Below are positions 19,340-30,275 of a stretch of DNA of 44,335 bases, one piece after another. Position 1 is the first letter of the stretch; the number at the start of each line of letters is the position of its first letter. The position numbers were made by a program, and so were the translations under genes. The notes beneath the pieces are model-generated. The model searched no databases and was not told the origin of the DNA. It saw only the letters and a list, made by a program, of their open reading frames with translations. The stretch lies in assembly GCA_013151235.1 (NCBI GenBank), contig JAADIO010000022.1:68256-112590 (forward strand), written 5' to 3'. Source of the DNA: Deltaproteobacteria bacterium. GTDB lineage: Bacteria > CG2-30-53-67.

Positions 19340-19441
19340 CACAGCCGCCTCAAGCAGATCTCCTGTGCAGGGAGGATGGGTGTGTTGCAATAAAACCTCA
19401 CTCCGTCACATTTTGTGTTGTTTTTTCAAAGGAAAAAGGAA

Positions 19442-20569
19442 ATGTCCCCCGTCGTCGCCATCAGGAAGTGCACTTCCTACGCCCGGTATGAAGTAGAGAA
19501 AGCGGTACACCGCCTCTTTCATGATTCAGGAGGAATAGAGCAACATATCCGACCGGGCATGTCGGTCCTGATCAAACCGAACCTGCTGGCTCCCCGGAAG
19601 AGAGAAGAGGCCGTCAATACCGACCCGGCCGTGGTCCGGGCCGTGCTCAAGGAAGTCCTGCGAACCGGTGCAAAGGCGGTTATCGGTGACAGTCCCGGTC
19701 TGGGGAAAGCGGTAAAAAATGCCGACCGGTGCGGTATCGGAGCCGTAGCTGCGGAATTCGGGGTTCCGATCATTGAGTTCAGGGACTCCATCGTCGTCGG
19801 GAAGACCCGGGAAGGAGGATTTCCCCTGGAACTTGCACGGGAGGCCCTGGAGGCGGAAGTAATCATCAATCTCCCCAAGCTGAAAACCCATGCCCAGATG
19901 CTGATGACCCTCGGCGTTAAAAACCTCTTCGGTTGTGTGGTGGGAAAGCGGAAGCTGCAGTGGCACTTCAAGGCCGGCGTCAACCGGGAAGCCTTCGCCC
20001 GCATGCTTGTGGAAATCTATGCCGCCCTGAAGCCAGCGTTGACTCTGATCGACGGGATCGTCGGAATGGAAGGAAACGGCCCGGGGAGCGGCACGCCGAA
20101 ACCCTTCGGGATCCTGGCCGCCTCGACCGATGCCATCGCTCTTGATACCGTCATCATGACACTCATGGGGATGAAACCTTCCCGGCTGGCTACGATCCGG
20201 GCGGCCGGGGGAATCAACGCAGGAGAGACATCGCTCAAAAAGATCGAGGTGCGCGGTGATTCCATGGAATCACTGCGGATTCCCGACCTGGAGGTCCCCC
20301 AATCCTCCGATCTTGAATGGCCCCTTCCAGGCTTTCTCCGGAAAATCCTCAAAAGCAGTTTCACCGCTTATCCGGAGCCCGACCCGAAACAGTGTAACCT
20401 TTGCCGTATCTGCCTGGAAGCCTGCCCGCAACAGGTGATCTTTGTGGAGAAGGAACAACTGGCTATCAACACCCGCCGGTGTATCCGATGCTTCTGCTGC
20501 CAGGAACTCTGCCCCCGGGGAGCCATGAAAACCCGGCAGGGATGGCTGCTAAAGCGGCTGCAGAAATAG
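19442..20569 (+). CDS. DUF362 domain protein with a C-terminal 2x[4Fe-4S] ferredoxin domain
   Basis: VLIKPNL, INLPKLKTH, GVKNLFG, MEGNGP, CNLCRICLEACP and CIRCFCCQELCP. Confidence 0.88.
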   Translation: MSPVVAIRKCTSYARYEVEKAVHRLFHDSGGIEQHIRPGMSVLIKPNLLAPRKREEAVNTDPAVVRAVLKEVLRTGAKAVIGDSPGLGKAVKNADRCGIGAVAAEFGVPIIEFRDSIVVGKTREGGFPLELAREALEAEVIINLPKLKTHAQMLMTLGVKNLFGCVVGKRKLQWHFKAGVNREAFARMLVEIYAALKPALTLIDGIVGMEGNGPGSGTPKPFGILAASTDAIALDTVIMTLMGMKPSRLATIRAAGGINAGETSLKKIEVRGDSMESLRIPDLEVPQSSDLEWPLPGFLRKILKSSFTAYPEPDPKQCNLCRICLEACPQQVIFVEKEQLAINTRRCIRCFCCQELCPRGAMKTRQGWLLKRLQK

Positions 20570-20686
20570 GAAAGGCGCCCGGTTACCTTCAATGAAATTT
20601 TGTTTGACATGCAGGAATCATTCAGATTATTATGCGAAATCTATTCATCTTGTCACCCACGATACGGACACAGGAGGGAACGCAGC

Positions 20687-20917
20687 ATGGTAACAGCCGA
20701 CAAAACCATCGATTGCACCGGATTGAATTGCCCGCTCCCGGTTTTAAAGACCAAAAAGGCCATGGATGAATTAACACCCGGTCAGACCCTGGAGATGCTT
20801 TCCACCGATCCCGGTTCCAAAAATGACATTACCGCCTGGGCGAAACGGACGGGGAACGAGCTGGTCGAAACTGTGGAAGACAGCGGCGTATTCAAGTTTT
20901 ATCTCAAAAAATCCTGA
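20687..20917 (+). CDS. tusA: TusA/SirA family sulfur carrier
   Basis: IDCTGLNCPLPVLK, TDPGSKNDI..WA; AGGAGG RBS. Confidence 0.88.
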   Translation: MVTADKTIDCTGLNCPLPVLKTKKAMDELTPGQTLEMLSTDPGSKNDITAWAKRTGNELVETVEDSGVFKFYLKKS

Positions 20918-20984
20918 TCCCCTTCGGACCGCCTTTGCACAGCTTTCATCGGCATTCCGGATCGTTGCGTAAAAGAGAGAGTGC

Positions 20985-21359
20985 ATGAGTGAGCAGACAA
21001 GGCTTTTAATCATCCAGACAAGTGGCATTGAGACGCCGGAAAGGATTCCCGCTGCCTTTTTTATCGCCTCCACGGCTGCGGCAATGGACATGGATGCCAC
21101 GGTCATTTTTACCGTCAACGGTGCAACCATCGTGGAGAAGCATGCAGCGGAACGGACTACGGTCAAGGAGGGTGGGGCCACGGTTCAAACCTTCCTGGAC
21201 CAGGCGGTCGCGGCCGGAGTCAAATTAATGGTCTGTCACCAGAGCCTTGATCTCCATGACCTGGAGCCGGACAACCTGATTGACGATGTGGAAGAAATCG
21301 TTGGTGCAGCGGCTCTTCTCGACATGACCCTGGATGCCGATGTGGTCCTGACCTTCTGA
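20985..21359 (+). CDS. DsrE/DsrF-like family protein
   Basis: FFIASTAAAMD..VIFTVNG, GVKLMVCHQSL, IVGAA, VLTF. Confidence 0.8.
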   Translation: MSEQTRLLIIQTSGIETPERIPAAFFIASTAAAMDMDATVIFTVNGATIVEKHAAERTTVKEGGATVQTFLDQAVAAGVKLMVCHQSLDLHDLEPDNLIDDVEEIVGAAALLDMTLDADVVLTF

Positions 21360-21446
21360 GACGGTACGAACCCCCGCAACAGCGTCACCCCGACGGACCG
21401 ATTCCGGCGGGGTTTTTCTTTGATGATTTCCCGCAGGACAATCCCT

Positions 21447-23711
21447 TCAACGGCTCTCCCGCTCCTGGGCATCGACAACGGCCACGGCCGTCATGTGGAC
21501 GATCTCATTCACGCTGCAACCCGCCTGCAGAACATGAATCGGTTTGTCCAGCCCCATGAGGATCGGTCCCACCACCTCCGCCCCCCCCAAATGCTGGAGC
21601 AGCTTGTAGGCGATATTTCCCGAAGCAAGGTCGGGAAAGATTAGAATGTTGGCATCTCCGGCAAGACGGCTGAAGGGAAAGAGACCCTTTGCCAATTCCG
21701 GGTTGACGGCCGTATCCGCCATGACCTCCCCATCGATGATCAGACCGGGCTGCTCCTTTTGTGCAATCTCCACGGCCCGCCGGACTTTTTCCGCCCGGTT
21801 GTCCCGGACCGATCCGAAATTGGAGTACGAAAGCATGGCCACCCGCGGCTCCAGATTGAAACGTCGGGCCAGGCGGGCGCTTAATATCGCGATCTCGGCC
21901 AGTTCCTCCGACGTCGGCACAATATTGACCGTCGTGTCGGCAAAGAGGAGAACCCGGTTTTTGAAGATCATCAGGAAGAGGCCCGAAACACGGCCGATCC
22001 CCTCTTCCGTCCGGACGATCTGCAGGGCCGGCCGGAGCGTCTCCCGGTAACGCTGGGAGACACCGGAGATCAGACCGTCGGCCTCTCCCCGATGAACCAT
22101 CATGGTGCCGAAGTAATTCGGGTTGGCCATAAGCTTACGGGCATCATCAAGACTGACTCCCTTCCGCTTCCGCATATCGTAGAATGCCCCGACGTAGTCG
22201 GGATACCGTTTGTCCCGGACGACATCAACGATTTCAATGTCCGGAAGGTCGAGTCCGTGTTGCCGGATCTCCGCCCGGATCCTGGCGGCGGCACCGAGAA
22301 GGACGGGACGCGCGATCTTCTGATCGATCAGGGTCTGGCAGGCCTTGAGGATACGGGGATGATGCCCCTCCGGAAAGACGATCCGTTTCGGTGCATCGCA
22401 GGCCCGGTGAATCACGGAACGCATGACCACATAGGTCTTGCCGAGCAAAGCCTGCAAGGATTCCCGATAGGCCTCAAGATCATCAATGGGTGCGCGCGCC
22501 GCACCGCTTTCCATCGCCGCCCCGGCCACGGCCGGCGCAACCGAAAGCAAAACCCGAGGATCAAAAGGCTTGGGAATCAGGTAATCCGGACCGAAATGAA
22601 ACTCCCGCCCCCCGTAGGCGCTGGAGACCGTTTCGGGCACCCCTTCCCTGGCCAGGGCGGCCAGTGCATGGACGGCGGCAATTTTCATCTCATCATTAAT
22701 GGCGCATGCGCGGACATCAAGGGCCCCGCGGAAGATGGAAGGAAAACCGAGAACATTGTTCACCTGGTTCGGAAAATCACTCCGTCCCGTTGCCACCAGA
22801 GCATCCGGCCTCGCCGCCCGGGCTTCCTCGTATCCGATCTCCGGTTCCGGGTTCGCGAGGGCAAAAATGATCGGGCGCTCTGCCATCGACCGGATCATCT
22901 CCGGACGGAGGAGCCCGCCCGTGGAGAGCCCTACAAAGACATCGGCATCCTGTAAAGCCTCCTTTAGTGTTCGCAGCGGAGTCTCCACGGCCACCAGCTC
23001 CTTGTAGGGGTTCATCCCCTCCTTCCGTCCCGCGTAAATGACACCGTGACGATCGCAATAAAGGATCTTTGCCGGATCGGCACCGAGTTTCCGGTAAAGC
23101 CGGCCGCAGGCAAGGGCGGCCGCTCCGCTGCCGGAAAAGACAATCCGGCAGTCCGGCAATGTCCGGCCCGTAAGTTCAAGAGCGTTGATCAGGGCGGCCC
23201 CGGAGATGATCGCCGTACCGTGCTGGTCGTCGTGAAAAACAGGGATCTTCATGGTCCGGACCAATTCCTCTTCGATCCGGAAACATTCCGGCGCCTTGAT
23301 ATCCTCGAGATTGATCCCTCCGAAGGTCGGCTCCAGTGCCCGGATGATCCGGATGATCTCTTCGGGATCGTCGCTATCGAGTTCCAGGTCGAAGACATCG
23401 ATATCGGCAAACCGTTTAAAGAGGATCGCCTTGCCCTCCATCACCGGTTTGCCCGCAAGGGGCCCGATCTTCCCGAGCCCCAAAACCGCACTGCCGTTGG
23501 TCACCACGGCCACAAGGTTCCCCCGTGCCGTATAGGTATACGAGGCCTGCGGATCCTTTCCGATTTCCCGGCAGGGCTCCGCCACCCCAGGCGTGTAGGC
23601 CAGGGCGAGATCAAGCTGGGTGCTGCAGGGCTTGGTGGCATTAACCTCGATCTTTCCTTTTCTTCCTTTCTCATGATAGGCAAGCGCTTCTTCTCTCCGG
23701 ATCGGCTTCAT
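21447..23711 (-). CDS. maeB: NADP-dependent malic enzyme with PTA domain
   Basis: [44 protein letters not shown], followed by a phosphotransacetylase-like domain. Confidence 0.95.
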   Translation of the reverse strand: MKPIRREEALAYHEKGRKGKIEVNATKPCSTQLDLALAYTPGVAEPCREIGKDPQASYTYTARGNLVAVVTNGSAVLGLGKIGPLAGKPVMEGKAILFKRFADIDVFDLELDSDDPEEIIRIIRALEPTFGGINLEDIKAPECFRIEEELVRTMKIPVFHDDQHGTAIISGAALINALELTGRTLPDCRIVFSGSGAAALACGRLYRKLGADPAKILYCDRHGVIYAGRKEGMNPYKELVAVETPLRTLKEALQDADVFVGLSTGGLLRPEMIRSMAERPIIFALANPEPEIGYEEARAARPDALVATGRSDFPNQVNNVLGFPSIFRGALDVRACAINDEMKIAAVHALAALAREGVPETVSSAYGGREFHFGPDYLIPKPFDPRVLLSVAPAVAGAAMESGAARAPIDDLEAYRESLQALLGKTYVVMRSVIHRACDAPKRIVFPEGHHPRILKACQTLIDQKIARPVLLGAAARIRAEIRQHGLDLPDIEIVDVVRDKRYPDYVGAFYDMRKRKGVSLDDARKLMANPNYFGTMMVHRGEADGLISGVSQRYRETLRPALQIVRTEEGIGRVSGLFLMIFKNRVLLFADTTVNIVPTSEELAEIAILSARLARRFNLEPRVAMLSYSNFGSVRDNRAEKVRRAVEIAQKEQPGLIIDGEVMADTAVNPELAKGLFPFSRLAGDANILIFPDLASGNIAYKLLQHLGGAEVVGPILMGLDKPIHVLQAGCSVNEIVHMTAVAVVDAQERESR

Positions 23712-23824
23712 TGATCTCCTTCCGCGAAAGGGGGGTTTGACTCACAGGGGGACCCTATTGTAGACTGAAACTATACTGCACACCGAAGGAATCTACAAAT
23801 TAATTCATCAGGAGAGGAAACTTA

Positions 23825-24484
23825 ATGGGGCTGACGGGGGAAATTAAAACCATGCCGCTCACCGATCTGCTGCAGTGGATCGAAACGACGCGAAAATCGG
23901 GAATTGTGGAATGCCGTGCCGGCACGGAGTGGAAGAAGATCTTCTTTCAGGAAGGACAGATCATCTTTGCATCTTCGGCACGGGAGTCGGAAAAACTCGG
24001 TCAGCACCTCATCCGGCAGGAACGGATCAGGGAGTCCGACCTGATCGGCTGCCTTCATGAAAATGAACAGACGGGCAAGAAGTTGACTCAGATCCTTGAA
24101 GACCGCGGTCTCATCTCCCACGACGACCTGTACGGGGAGGTCGTCATCCTGATCAAGGAGATTCTCTTTGATCTTTTTCTCTGGGAGGAAGGACTCTTCC
24201 AGTTTCGGGACCGGGAACTCCCCGACTCCATGATCAGCCCGCTGGCCCTGAAAACAGGTCAGGTCTTGTTCGAGGTCTTAAACCGGATCGATGAAAACCG
24301 GCGGGACGGCATCCTGCCCGAGAAAGGAGCTACTGCCGGGCCAACGAAGTCGACAGGGATCAAGGTGAAGGGACGGATCATCTTCAAGGTGGATGATAAA
24401 AAGTTTACCCTACCCGGAGCTTATGAAAAAAGAGAGATCCCGAGCTTTCGGAAAGACGAGGAAGCCGAAGGAAATAAAGATTAG
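23825..24484 (+). CDS. DUF4388 domain protein
   Basis: MGLTGEIKTMPLTDLLQWIE..RKSG, IFFQEGQI, LFLWEEGLFQF. Confidence 0.82.
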   Translation: MGLTGEIKTMPLTDLLQWIETTRKSGIVECRAGTEWKKIFFQEGQIIFASSARESEKLGQHLIRQERIRESDLIGCLHENEQTGKKLTQILEDRGLISHDDLYGEVVILIKEILFDLFLWEEGLFQFRDRELPDSMISPLALKTGQVLFEVLNRIDENRRDGILPEKGATAGPTKSTGIKVKGRIIFKVDDKKFTLPGAYEKREIPSFRKDEEAEGNKD

Positions 24485-24522
24485 GAATTGAATTGAAAGG
24501 AAGGGCCCGGTAACGGCTGCCG

Positions 24523-24918
24523 TCAACTATTGAGGTGTTTGGCAATCATGGCCATTACCAGATTCGGATCGTAGGGTTTCAGGAGGAAGTCGTCAGCGCC
24601 AGCCTTGAAGCTCTTCTCCTCGAATTCCACCTGCCCCTTGGCCGTCAGCATGATGATCACAATATCCCGGGTATCGGCATTCTGCTTGATCTCCTGACAG
24701 ACCTCATAACCGTTCTTGTTCGGCATATTGATATCGAGAAAAATGATATCCGGTTTCTCCTGGGAGACCATTTCCAGGGCCTCCTCACCGTCGGTTGCCG
24801 TCGAGCAATCGAAGCCTTCCTTTTCCAGCATAAAGGCCAGAGAACGGGAGATATAAAATTCGTCGTCAACGATCATGATCTTTGCGGTCATCTGCACATC
24901 CTGAGTATCGGCACTCAT
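24523..24918 (-). CDS. Single-domain response regulator
   Basis: IVDDE, FLDINMP, MLTAK, KPY. Confidence 0.92.
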   Translation of the reverse strand: MSADTQDVQMTAKIMIVDDEFYISRSLAFMLEKEGFDCSTATDGEEALEMVSQEKPDIIFLDINMPNKNGYEVCQEIKQNADTRDIVIIMLTAKGQVEFEEKSFKAGADDFLLKPYDPNLVMAMIAKHLNS

Positions 24919-24963
24919 CGGGATAACTCCTTTGACTTCCTGACACAGACTGAAAGTAATATT

Positions 24964-24992
24964 AATCTATTACAAGCTCGGGTAAATGTCAA
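24964..24992 (-). promoter_or_regulatory. Sigma70 promoter of the response regulator
   Basis: TTGACA-17 nt-TAGATT. Confidence 0.5.
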
Positions 24993-25000
24993 TTATTTAT

Positions 25001-27025
25001 TTAAGTAGTCATGACACTTTCGGCCTTCTGCCTACAGATCGGAGTCCGCAAAAAGGCATCCACCACCTCCGGCGAAAACTGCGTCCCGCTGCACCGTTTC
25101 AACTCTTCCACGGCAAACTCATGGCCCGGCCCCTTTCGGTAGGGCCGGTCCGAGGTAATCGCATCATAGGTGTCGGCCACGGCAAGGATACGGGCCAGCA
25201 GGGGGATCGCGTCCCCCGTCAATCCTTCCGGATATCCTTGCCCGTCATACCGTTCATGGTGATACTTCATTCCCGGCAGGATGACTTCCATCTCCCGGAT
25301 GTGCTCCACGATCTTTACCCCGCAAAGGGGATGAGTTTTCATAATTTCGAATTCCTCACGGGTGAGCCGATCCGGTTTGTTCAGAATCGATTCCGGAATG
25401 GCGATCTTGCCGATATCATGCAAAATGGCGGTCCGCTCCAGTATTCCCATTTCCTCGGCGGACAGATTCATCTCCTGCCCGATAAGCCCGGCATAATAGG
25501 CAACCTTCCGGGAGTGGTTATGTGTATAGGGGTCCTTGGCATCAACGGCGGCGGCAAGAGCCATGATGGTATTGAGAAAGAGCGCCTTCTGGTCGGCAAT
25601 CAGTTTGGCGTTTTCCACGGCATTGGCGACCTGGTTCCCCAGGGTCGTCAGCAGATCCTGATCCTCCTCGCCGAACCGTTCTCCGGCTCGTTTGTTTACC
25701 ACGGCAATCGTCCCGATCGTCTTCCCCTTACTCACAAAGGGAACCCCGAGAAGGTTCTCAATATGCACGCGTCCCTGTTCTCCGAAATCGAGGTTAAGTG
25801 CCTCTGCCTGAGGCTGCTCCAGGACGACCGGTTTTCCGGAGAGCAGGATCCTATCGAAGAACCCCTGCGTTTTGTCATCCTCCCCAAGATCACGCACGGC
25901 CGGGGATTCGGAAAGCAGCCGATGCCGATCCGGCGGTGACGCAACCGTCCCGGGATCTTCGGGACAATAAACCACCGCTGCTTCGGCATTGGTCAGGGTT
26001 TTTGCATAATCGCGAATCTTTGCAAAGAGCTTTTCCAGATCAAGTGTGGCGTTAATGGAAAGAGCAATCTTGTTGAGCTGGTCGATAAAAACCGCCCGTT
26101 TTTCCAAATCTTCATAGGTCTGCATTAACTCCTGGAGTGTCTTATTCAGTTTTTCCTCGGAATGGGTCAACTCCTTGAGGACCTGGGCATTGGCAATCAC
26201 CACGGCGGCCTGCGACGTCAGAGCATTCAGGAGCTTCAGATCATTCGACTTGAAACTCTCCGCCGCCAGCTTGTCGGAAAGGTTTAGGACCCCCAGAATC
26301 CGTTTTTCATGCTCCCCCCGCACCGTCTGAAGGGGGAGCGAGATGAACGATCCGGTCTTGTAGTTCCCTTTGGAAAAAGCAGAGAGTTCAGGATGACTCC
26401 GAATGTCCTCCACGATCAGGGGCTTGCCGCTTTCTATCACCTTGCTACAGAGAGTGTCGGCAACATCAAAGGTCTCGGAATCAAGATTATCTCGGGAAAA
26501 GCCGTACGCCGCTGCAACATGAAAATATTTGGCCTCCTTGTCCAGGAGCAATACCGAACCACGCTCCGCATGGGTGATGGCAACAGCCTGATGGAGGATA
26601 ATCGATGCCACACGGTTCACGTCCTGAATATTCCCCAGTGCATCGGCCACCCGGTAAAGCATGTTGATGATCTGGTAGTTGTCCAGCACTTCACGGGAGA
26701 AGCTTTCGATCTCCGCCTGGTTCTGAAGATATTCCCGAAGGACATCATGCAGGTGCCGCACCGCCTGCTCCGCACGAGACGGGTCCTCCGCGTACCCCTG
26801 AACCAGGAGAAGCGGTGTACTCCCGATTCGAAGTTCCGTTGATGCCGCCGGTGCCGGGAGAGCCGCCGGATGAACGGCCCGTGAATTCAGAAGCCTTTCA
26901 TCGGTCGGAAGGTAGTAAACCTGCAGAATGACGGAGGCAATCGACCCGACTTGTTCAAGAAGGGACGAGATATGCTCTTTGATTTTCTTGTTCCAGGGAA
27001 TTCGTATGCCCTGATTGTACATCAT
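25001..27025 (-). CDS. Tandem-GAF HD-GYP cyclic dinucleotide phosphodiesterase
   Basis: Two GAF domains; KDPYTHNHS, LHDIGK, HHERYDGQGYP, ADTYDA, RPYR; start probably ATG at 27025 after GGAG. Confidence 0.9.
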   Translation of the reverse strand: MMYNQGIRIPWNKKIKEHISSLLEQVGSIASVILQVYYLPTDERLLNSRAVHPAALPAPAASTELRIGSTPLLLVQGYAEDPSRAEQAVRHLHDVLREYLQNQAEIESFSREVLDNYQIINMLYRVADALGNIQDVNRVASIILHQAVAITHAERGSVLLLDKEAKYFHVAAAYGFSRDNLDSETFDVADTLCSKVIESGKPLIVEDIRSHPELSAFSKGNYKTGSFISLPLQTVRGEHEKRILGVLNLSDKLAAESFKSNDLKLLNALTSQAAVVIANAQVLKELTHSEEKLNKTLQELMQTYEDLEKRAVFIDQLNKIALSINATLDLEKLFAKIRDYAKTLTNAEAAVVYCPEDPGTVASPPDRHRLLSESPAVRDLGEDDKTQGFFDRILLSGKPVVLEQPQAEALNLDFGEQGRVHIENLLGVPFVSKGKTIGTIAVVNKRAGERFGEEDQDLLTTLGNQVANAVENAKLIADQKALFLNTIMALAAAVDAKDPYTHNHSRKVAYYAGLIGQEMNLSAEEMGILERTAILHDIGKIAIPESILNKPDRLTREEFEIMKTHPLCGVKIVEHIREMEVILPGMKYHHERYDGQGYPEGLTGDAIPLLARILAVADTYDAITSDRPYRKGPGHEFAVEELKRCSGTQFSPEVVDAFLRTPICRQKAESVMTT

Positions 27026-27089
27026 CAACACTCCGTACTTGTTCGGAACCGACCATCGATCGGGGCGATACCGGGAACCTTTCAAGTTT

Positions 27090-27968
27090 TTACGGATGGC
27101 TCATTTCCACGATCGTCGCCTTCGATTCTTCCACCATCCGGATCGTGTATGCAAGATGTTCTTCCGTCAAGTCAAGATCCCCCAACAGGTCGTCCTCAAT
27201 AACGGGTTCGCAGGGATTCCCACCGTTCCCGATTCCCATCCGCCGGATGGTCAGATCGGCCAGAGTCAAAAGCTTTGCCAGCGGATCGGTGGTATCTCCG
27301 GGAAAATGATGGTCCTGAATGGCCCTTACAAAGATGTCCGGCAGACCCCAGGTCTCAACCAGCCACGCCCCGGCATCAGCATGATCCAGCCCTAAAACTT
27401 CCCGTTCAATCTGCCGGATCTCGGTCTGTTTGTCCCGGGCAATTTCGAGGATATTATTGTAGTTCAGATCCAGCAGTTTAATCAGCACCATCTTTCCGAT
27501 GTCATGGAGCAACCCTCCCAAAAAGGCCGGTCCACGGTCACAACGATGGCTGATTTGGGCAAACCGGTCCGCTGCAAAACCAACCGCAAAAGAGTGAAGA
27601 TAAATCGCATTAACCCGGGTCGATAACGGGCTGTAGGGGTCATGGAAACAGGAGAAGACGGAAAGTCCGATGGTGATATTTTTCACGGCGTTGAACCCAA
27701 TGAGGGAGATCGCACTACCCAGATCGACGACATGCCGCTGAAATCCATAGTAGGGTGAGTTCGCGAAGGCGACTACCTTGGCGGAGATTGGAGGATCATG
27801 GATAATGGCCATTTCCAGATCCCTCGCCGTGGCATCGGGATCATCGGTAACGGTCAAAACATTTCCGAGAATACCGGGCAGCGTCGGCAATTGATCGATT
27901 TTTTCGACCAACAGCTTGATTTTGTCCGGGGCGTGACACGGGATGTGACCCATTGTCTCCACGTTCAT
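27090..27968 (-). CDS. HDOD domain protein
   Basis: LPTLP, DPPISAKV...ANSPYYG, GLLHDIGK, HADAGAWL..WGLP; exact start uncertain. Confidence 0.88.
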   Translation of the reverse strand: MNVETMGHIPCHAPDKIKLLVEKIDQLPTLPGILGNVLTVTDDPDATARDLEMAIIHDPPISAKVVAFANSPYYGFQRHVVDLGSAISLIGFNAVKNITIGLSVFSCFHDPYSPLSTRVNAIYLHSFAVGFAADRFAQISHRCDRGPAFLGGLLHDIGKMVLIKLLDLNYNNILEIARDKQTEIRQIEREVLGLDHADAGAWLVETWGLPDIFVRAIQDHHFPGDTTDPLAKLLTLADLTIRRMGIGNGGNPCEPVIEDDLLGDLDLTEEHLAYTIRMVEESKATIVEMSHP

Positions 27969-28249
27969 CCTCCTGCCGCAAGCATTCCGGAATTCATGAC
28001 TGCGACCCAATCAATATCAAATCAGGGGAAAATCAATGCGGTACCTGATTTACTATCGGCCGAACGGAAAAAGTTCTTTAACGAAAAAACGTATAAATAT
28101 AGATGTTTCTTCCGGGACGGACATAAAACACCTAAAAACAGGGCTATTGCCGGGGAAAGGGCCGGAACATACTTCTTCTCCAAAACCGACCATAAAAAAC
28201 CCGCTCCGAAGAGTTGAATACGCCATAACCCCTTAAAAAACAAAGCCTC

Positions 28250-28278
28250 TTGACAAACAGACCCGCTCCATCTATAAT
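28250..28278 (+). promoter_or_regulatory. Consensus sigma70 promoter of the LysM gene
   Basis: TTGACA-17 nt-TATAAT, exact consensus. Confidence 0.8.
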
Positions 28279-28355
28279 TTTTTATAGGTAGAAAAAGAAA
28301 AGATTCGGACATCATCGTCGCCGATACCTCCAAACCCCGAAACAAAGGAGAGACC

Positions 28356-29426
28356 ATGAAAAGAGTACTTCGAAGGATCATGCTGGGGACCTTCCTTGTT
28401 TTCCTGTGCGCCATCCTCGGTACTGCAGCCACGGTCTTCGGTGCAAACGGCCGGGTCCACAACGTTGTCAAGGGAGATACCCTGTGGGATGTGACACAGC
28501 AGTATCTGGACAATCCTTTTTTTTGGCCGAAAGTTTGGCAGTACAATCCCCAGATCAAAAACCCCCATTTGATTTATCCCGGCGAGGAAGTCCGGATTCC
28601 CTCCCCGGAGGAGCTGGCCAACATAGGGACGGCTACGGTTTCCACCCCCAAGCCCCAAATCGAAGCTCCCCGAACAGTCGTCGGCCGGCATATTGTGGAA
28701 CGAGGTCTCTTTGAGTCGGCCGGTTTTATCCTCCCGGCCGACCAGAAAGATTGGCCGGGAGCCATCGTCTCCACGTGGGAAGAAAAAACCTTGCTCGTCG
28801 CACGGGACGTGGTGGAAATAAACCGGGGGAAATCCGACGGGGTCAACGAGGGGGAGCTCTTTCAGATCATTCGAATCGGAAACGAGACTGTCCATCCGAA
28901 AACGCATAAGAAAATGGGCAGACAGGTCACGATACAGGGGATCCTGAAAATCAATTCCGTCGGTCAAAAAATTTCCAAGGCAACAATCATCAAGTCTTAC
29001 AACCCCATCCGGGTGGGAGACAGGATCCGGCCTTACCATCCCATGCCCCTGGTCGGGACCGAGGACCTGACGACGGAAGACAAGAGTATCGGAGGGGTCA
29101 TCGTCATGAACACCCGGGGCAAAGCAAACCTGGCCTCACGGGATACGGTCTACCTTGATGTAGGATCCAAAGATGACGTCCTTCCCGGAGACCGCTTTCT
29201 CATCTACCGTGACGGCATCCCCTTCCAGGTCAGTGCGAAGAATGCCGCCGGGATTGAACCGGCCGATTATCCCCCGGACATTATGGGAGAATTAGTGGTC
29301 CTGAACACCATGGACCAGACCTCGACTGCAGTAATTGTGGAAGAACTCTATGAGATCAAACCGGGCGACCGGATCAAGTACATTCCCCGTTCTCTACCTT
29401 CAATCAAAAAATACAATATCGACTGA
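28356..29426 (+). CDS. LysM peptidoglycan-binding protein
   Basis: Signal peptide; HNVVKGDTLWD...PFFWPKVWQYNPQIKNPHLIYPG. Confidence 0.88.
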   Translation: MKRVLRRIMLGTFLVFLCAILGTAATVFGANGRVHNVVKGDTLWDVTQQYLDNPFFWPKVWQYNPQIKNPHLIYPGEEVRIPSPEELANIGTATVSTPKPQIEAPRTVVGRHIVERGLFESAGFILPADQKDWPGAIVSTWEEKTLLVARDVVEINRGKSDGVNEGELFQIIRIGNETVHPKTHKKMGRQVTIQGILKINSVGQKISKATIIKSYNPIRVGDRIRPYHPMPLVGTEDLTTEDKSIGGVIVMNTRGKANLASRDTVYLDVGSKDDVLPGDRFLIYRDGIPFQVSAKNAAGIEPADYPPDIMGELVVLNTMDQTSTAVIVEELYEIKPGDRIKYIPRSLPSIKKYNID

Positions 29427-29471
29427 GACCCTCGTCCCCGGAGAAAAATCTGTTTGCAGAATGTATTCTCC

Positions 29472-29500
29472 AAAAGCCCCGCCTGAAGGCGGGGCTTTTT
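29472..29500. terminator. Bidirectional intrinsic terminator
   Basis: aaaagccccgcc-tgaa-ggcggggctttt. Confidence 0.85.
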
Positions 29501-30275
29501 ATTCCATGAAGGCTCCGGCCAGGGCTAAAAACCGGACCGTTTCCGCTCCCGCATTCTTCAAAGTTCGCGCACACTCCTGCGCCGTTGCACCGGTGGTCAA
29601 GACATCATCGACAATGAGCAGATGCCGTCCACGGATCGCTTCCCCCGAAAGAACGGTAAAACAGCCCCGGATATTACGTCTCCGCTCCTTTGGATGAAGG
29701 CCGACCTGCGGCCGCCCGCCTTTCAGACGAACGAGTTGCCCCAGGAGCAAAGGAACAGAGAGCCCTTCCGACACCGCCCGCGCCAACACCGTGGCCTGGT
29801 TGAAACCACGGTTGCGAAGACGTGACGAATGAAGCGGGACCGGCAGAACACCCTCCACCTCCGTAAGCGCCGGCAGCAGCTCTTTCAGCCGGAAATCGAT
29901 CAGCCCGCGGCCCAGTTTCCAGTATCCGGAATATTTAAATAGGTGAACCGCCTCCCGCAGGGCCCCCTGAAACAGGAAGAGGGTTTGAACGGCATCGAGG
30001 AGAGGCGGACCGGGGCGGCACTCCCCGCAACGAAAACGCGGATTCATTTCGAGGAGAGAAGGTTCCGGCAGAAGCCGTCCGCAGGTAGGACAGCGGGGGC
30101 CTTCCACCCTGCGAAGAGAAGAGATACATTTTTCACAAAGAGGAACCCCCGAGGCGGATTTTTCCCCCTCCCCGCAGAGGGGGCACCGGGGGGGCAGGAG
30201 CAGATTGAGAAAGACCCGGGCACTCCGGATCATGGGTGCCGCAACGGCAGCCGGTCTTTCAATGCGCGTTCTCAT
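29499..30275 (-). CDS. comF: ComF family protein (double zinc ribbon + PRTase)
   Basis: CxxC pairs, [25 protein letters not shown]. Confidence 0.9.
   Translation of the reverse strand: MRTRIERPAAVAAPMIRSARVFLNLLLPPRCPLCGEGEKSASGVPLCEKCISSLRRVEGPRCPTCGRLLPEPSLLEMNPRFRCGECRPGPPLLDAVQTLFLFQGALREAVHLFKYSGYWKLGRGLIDFRLKELLPALTEVEGVLPVPLHSSRLRNRGFNQATVLARAVSEGLSVPLLLGQLVRLKGGRPQVGLHPKERRRNIRGCFTVLSGEAIRGRHLLIVDDVLTTGATAQECARTLKNAGAETVRFLALAGAFME

Noticed and set aside
28022..28355. c-di-GMP riboswitch or small ORF upstream of the HDOD gene
   Set aside because: No GEMM consensus could be recognised by eye, and the AT-rich region is explained by divergent promoters. An Infernal/Rfam scan would settle it.
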